Of a DNA stretch of 11,076 nt, positions 7,378 to 11,076 are shown one piece after another. A program made the translations under genes and the position numbers. The stretch is from the NCBI RefSeq assembly GCF_006345805.1, contig NW_021827016.1:1-11076 (forward strand), in the 5' to 3' direction. Positions within the stretch are counted from its first letter, which is position 1. Every line of letters begins with the position of its first letter. Source of the stretch: Octopus sinensis. Lineage: Eukaryota. The notes under the pieces are model-generated. The model ran no database searches. It had not been told where the DNA came from and saw nothing but the letters and a program-made list of their open reading frames with translations.

Positions 7378-7455
7378 CTTCTTCTATATATATATATATA
7401 TCTATATAGCGAACGTATATATATATATCATATATATATATATATATATTATATA
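7342..7455. repeat. Imperfect (TA)n microsatellite
   Basis: Read directly. Confidence 0.95.
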
Positions 7456-7589
7456 TGATTGAACGCCACGCGTCGTTTCTTCTTTCTCCAAGTAAGTTTT
7501 TATTTATAATTATGACGCGCACTCTTAACTCTTTACTTGACCTTTCCTCCCTGCCTGTCAGTCTTCCTCTCTACCTGTCTCTCTTCTTA

Positions 7590-7690
7590 TTTTTCACCCT
7601 TTCTGGTTTCTTTTCCTCTCTCTCTCACTCCTCCTCCTCTTCTCTCTCTCTCTCTCTCTCTCGCTCTCTCTCACACTCCTCCTCCTCTCT
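7590..7690. repeat. (CT)n/(CCT)n pyrimidine tract
   Basis: Read directly. Confidence 0.9.
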
Positions 7691-8232
7691 CTGGCCGCTG
7701 ACCGGAGGACTGCTAACTTTCTTTCTGCCCGCTGCTTTCAACAAGTCAACATCGGTTTTTTTCTGTCTTCCGCAAGCCGATCTTTTGAATGCGTTCTAAC
7801 GAATTTTTCCACCGTTTAGGCTTAAAAAAAAGCCCTTATCGTTGGTTTCCTTGTCCTGTTTTTATTCTTTATTTGTATTGCTTTTACGTCCTGTTCTTGT
7901 CACTTTTTTTTTTACCCCTCTGCAAAAGAATTTTATTTAATTCATCTTGCAGGAAGGACTGCTTCGACCGGATCGTGTTCGAAACACGCATTGAGTCGAA
8001 TAGGGGCAGCTGATGAAGGGTAATATTCCTTGCATTGTTTGTCTTGTACACTGCTTTTTCGTTGTTAAAAAAAGTCCGTTTCCTTGTTTGATTTTATGTT
8101 TTCGTTTCTCGTTGTGTTCTACGTTTATTTGTGGTGTCCTGTACTCATATATACATATAGATGTAGGTATGTACATATATGTATGTATATATGTATGCAT
8201 ATGTTTTATTTATTAAATTCTTATTATATATA
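7690..8232 (+). mobile_element. T-rich non-autonomous repeat B, diverged relative of A
   Basis: TGACCG 7699, GACTGCT 7708, CAACATCGGT 7747, TGTCCTGTTTTTATT 7852, CTGATGA 8010, ending in TATG/TA repeats. Boundaries are approximate. Confidence 0.5.
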
Positions 8233-8569
8233 TAGATATACACTCATAGACGGGCGGAGAGAGAGACAGAGACAGAGACTCACAGAGAGGTAGGCGGAGG
8301 GACAGACTAAGCTCTAGGATGTAAAAAAAAATCGTTTTTTTTCATGCAGGACAATGAAAAACTAGTATGACATAGATTGTTCTTTATTTGTTGTTGTATA
8401 CAATGGGAGTTATGCATAGTATATTATTGTGTGTGTGTTTGTATTGTCTGTTTGGGTGGGTCTGTATATTTATCTCGACACACTTGATATATAATATAGC
8501 TGGAACGCATGGTTCGTACTAGGTTTAGAGGTCGTTGTGGGAGGTTCTTGCTGGTGAGTGATCGGGTGG

Positions 8570-9075
8570 TGACGTTGGTGGTGGTGATAGATATCTTGAT
8601 GGTGTTGATTGATGCTGGTTGGAGTATGCGATGTAACAGTAGGTAGAGGATAGTGTTGGTGTTGTTGGTGGTGGTAGTGGTGCCGGTGGTGGTAGTTGAT
8701 GGTGTAGTAGAGTTGTTTGTGTGTGGTGAGGAATGTTTTTGTTTGGGAAGATAATCGGTAACGGTGGTGGAGGTAGTGGTGGTGGTGGCGGTGGTGGTAG
8801 TGGTGGCGAAAATAAGCGTAAATTTGATAGGGAGTATGAAGGTGATCATCATCATCATCATCATCAACCTGATGACGCTGTTGATGATGGTGATGATGAT
8901 GATGATAATGATGATGATGGTGATAGTGGTGGTAGTGGTGGTGATTATGATGATGATGATGATGTTGATGTTGATGGTGGTGGCGATGGTGGTGGTGGCG
9001 GTGGTGGTGGTGTTGATTATAGCGACTACGATGAAGGCGACGTTGACAATGATGATGATAACAAAGATGATGATA

Positions 9076-9115
<40 letters not shown>

Positions 9116-9165
9116 CAAAGATGATGATGATGATGATGATGATGACGATGATGATGACGACGACA
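8570..9165. repeat. Compound (GGT)n/(GAT)n trinucleotide low-complexity tract
   Basis: Read directly; it is the source of the poly-Asp/Gly, poly-His, poly-Ile and poly-Met ORFs. Confidence 0.95.
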
Positions 9166-9198
9166 CCGTGGAAGAACTGAAGGAAGGGAAGAGCGGTT

Positions 9199-9218
9199 AG
9201 AGAGAGAGAGAGAGAGAG
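9199..9218. repeat. (AG)10 microsatellite
   Basis: Read directly. Confidence 0.95.
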
Positions 9219-9317
9219 AATGTAATGATGCACTGAGTGTGAAAAAATCTTCCAAACAGGCAGTCAGGCATTCAGACAATGCGGAAACAGCAACAGAGAA
9301 TGACAGATTGATTTTAA

Positions 9318-9453
9318 ACACACACATACACACAAACAACACACCACACACACACACCACCACACCACACACACACACCCACACACCACACACCTACACA
9401 CACACACACACACATACACACACACACACACATACACACACACACACACACAT

Positions 9454-9484
<31 letters not shown>

Positions 9485-9486
9485 AC
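9318..9486. repeat. Imperfect (CA)n microsatellite
   Basis: Read directly. Confidence 0.95.
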
Positions 9487-9620
9487 ATATGGCGGAAAAG
9501 TCAGAGAGTAAGACAAACAGACAGACAGACAGTGAGACAAACATCTGTCGGTGTTGAAAACATTTGACAAGAATTCACAAGTTTGGGTGTGAAGAATTTA
9601 CTCAAGAAATAAACATTACA

Positions 9621-10194
9621 TTCTTCTTCTTCTCCTCCTCCTCCGCCTACACCTCCTTTTCTCCCTCCTCCTCTTTTCCTCCTCCTTCTCCTTCTGTTAC
9701 TTCTTTTTTCTCTCCTTCCCTCTTCCTTCTTCTGCTCCTTCTTTTCTTTTTCTTCTTCTTTTCCTCCTTTTTCCTTTTTCTCCTCCTCCTCCTCTTCCTC
9801 ATCCTTTTCTTTTTCTTCTCCTCCTCCTCCTCCTCCTTCTCTTCTTTATCTTCCTCCTCCTCCTTCTCTTCCTTCTCTTCCTCCTCCTACTTCAGCATGT
9901 TTGTTTTCTGTTTTCTGCTTTTAATTTCTTTTCCATCATTTCTATTCTTCCTTCCTTTCTTCTTTCCTTCCTTCCTTCCTTCCATCCATCCTTCCACCCA
10001 TCCATCCTTCTCTCCCTCGTTCGTCCTTCCTTCCCTCCTTCCCTCCTTCATTCTTTCCTTCCTGTTTTCCTTCCTTCCTTCTCTCTTTCCTTCCATCCAT
10101 CCATCCTTCCCTCCCTCCTTCCTTCTTTCCATCTTTCCTTCCTTCCTTCCTTCCTTCTTTCCTTCCTTCCTTCCTTCCTTCCTTCCTTCCTTCT
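9621..10194. repeat. Polypyrimidine tract grading from (TTC/TCC)n to (TTCC/ATCC)n
   Basis: About 570 bp that are nearly all C/T on the + strand, ending in a pure (TTCC)n run. Confidence 0.95.
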
Positions 10195-10337
10195 AAATTT
10201 CCTTCTACGTCGTCTTTGTTTCTTTATACTTTTTCACCTTTGTGTGAAAGTACGTATCTATATCTGGATTTACATTTACATAGGTATATATGTACGTATG
10301 TATGATTGTAATTATGTAGTTATGTACGTACGAATGC

Positions 10338-10357
10338 ATATGTACACACACAAATAC

Positions 10358-10392
<35 letters not shown>

Positions 10393-10445
10393 CAAATACA
10401 CGCACATATATACACACACACACATACACGCACACACGTACACAA
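10338..10445. repeat. Imperfect (CA)n microsatellite
   Basis: Read directly. Confidence 0.9.
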
Positions 10446-10629
10446 ATCTACACTTAACGTTGCATTGCTCCGAAGACCGAAGCAAGAGTTTCCAGATGTG
10501 CATCTAGAATCTCATGAGATTAACAAACTCCACATCGGTATATTTACATAATTATCTGCGTGTATATATATATATACTACTTTATATATACAAAGTTACG
10601 TATATCAATCTGTATAAATACATACATAT

Positions 10630-10680
10630 ATGTGTGTGTGTGTGTGTGTGTGTCTGTGTGTGTGTGTGTGTAGGTGTGTG
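10630..10680. repeat. (TG)n microsatellite
   Basis: Read directly. Confidence 0.95.
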
Positions 10681-10684
10681 ACTG

Positions 10685-11001
10685 TTTGTTAACAACATGG
10701 TTCCGGGTTTCGTCCAACTGCGTGGCACGTTGGGCAAGTGTCTTCTACTATAGCCTATAGCCTCGGGTTGAGCAGACCCTTGTGAATATATTTGTTAGGC
10801 GGAAACTGAAAGAAGCCCGTCGTATATGTATGTATCTACTATAGCCTCGGGCTGACCAGACCCTTTTGAGTTGATTTGGTAGATGGAACCTGAAAGAAGC
10901 CCGTGGTATATGTGTATATATATAGTGTGTCTTTGTGTCTGCGTTTGTTGCCCCCATCACCGCTTGACAACCGGTGTTGGTGTGTCAACGTCCTTGTAAC
11001 T
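10685..11001 (+). mobile_element. SINE family 3 copy, truncated at both ends, with an internal tandem duplication
   Basis: B-box-like CCGGGTTTCGTCC, CORE-like TTGGGCAAGTGTCTT, duplicated block TCTACTATAGCC…GAAAGAAGCCCGT at 10744 and 10835; homologous to 5425-5692 plus 5948-6110 on the opposite strand. Confidence 0.85.
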
Positions 11002-11076
11002 ATTTTTGCACCTTCTTTAGATTTGAAATTTTTCCTTGCAAAATGTTGACTAATATCTGGACAACGTGATAGTCAA

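Noticed and set aside
8424-9544. Long ORFs of 138-307 aa (poly-Asp/Gly, His, Ile/Thr, Met, Val-Cys)
   Set aside because: Stop-free only because of GAT/GGT/CA repeats; no domain, codon structure or splice evidence.
9564-10196. 210-aa Ser/Phe/Pro-rich ORF and the antisense Glu/Gly/Arg/Lys ORF
   Set aside because: Products of the polypyrimidine tract.
10508-10521. Perfect 14-bp palindrome AATCTCATGAGATT
   Set aside because: About one such palindrome is expected by chance in 11 kb of AT-rich DNA.

Overview
Eukaryotic, AT-rich, non-coding DNA made almost entirely of transposon relics and microsatellites. The repeat families look like those of an octopod cephalopod (Octopus-like); that assignment is from recognition and was not checked by search. 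No intact protein-coding gene is supported: the long ORFs in the track are translations of simple repeats. Supported content: (i) a 427-bp MITE with 30-bp TIRs and an 8-bp TSD (Merlin-like signature); (ii) eight tRNA-derived SINE units from about three families, including a tandem dimer, a head-to-head pair separated by 1 bp, and a copy split by a nested insertion; (iii) a degenerate Penelope-like (PLE) reverse-transcriptase remnant that the ORF track misses; (iv) a ~255-bp fold-back insertion whose arms each carry most of a minimal, dimer-type hammerhead ribozyme, with the core mutated or truncated; (v) two related T-rich, (TA)n-tailed repeats, one with a 33-bp inverted end duplication; (vi) many microsatellites and a ~570-bp polypyrimidine tract. 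All counts and alignments were made by eye.
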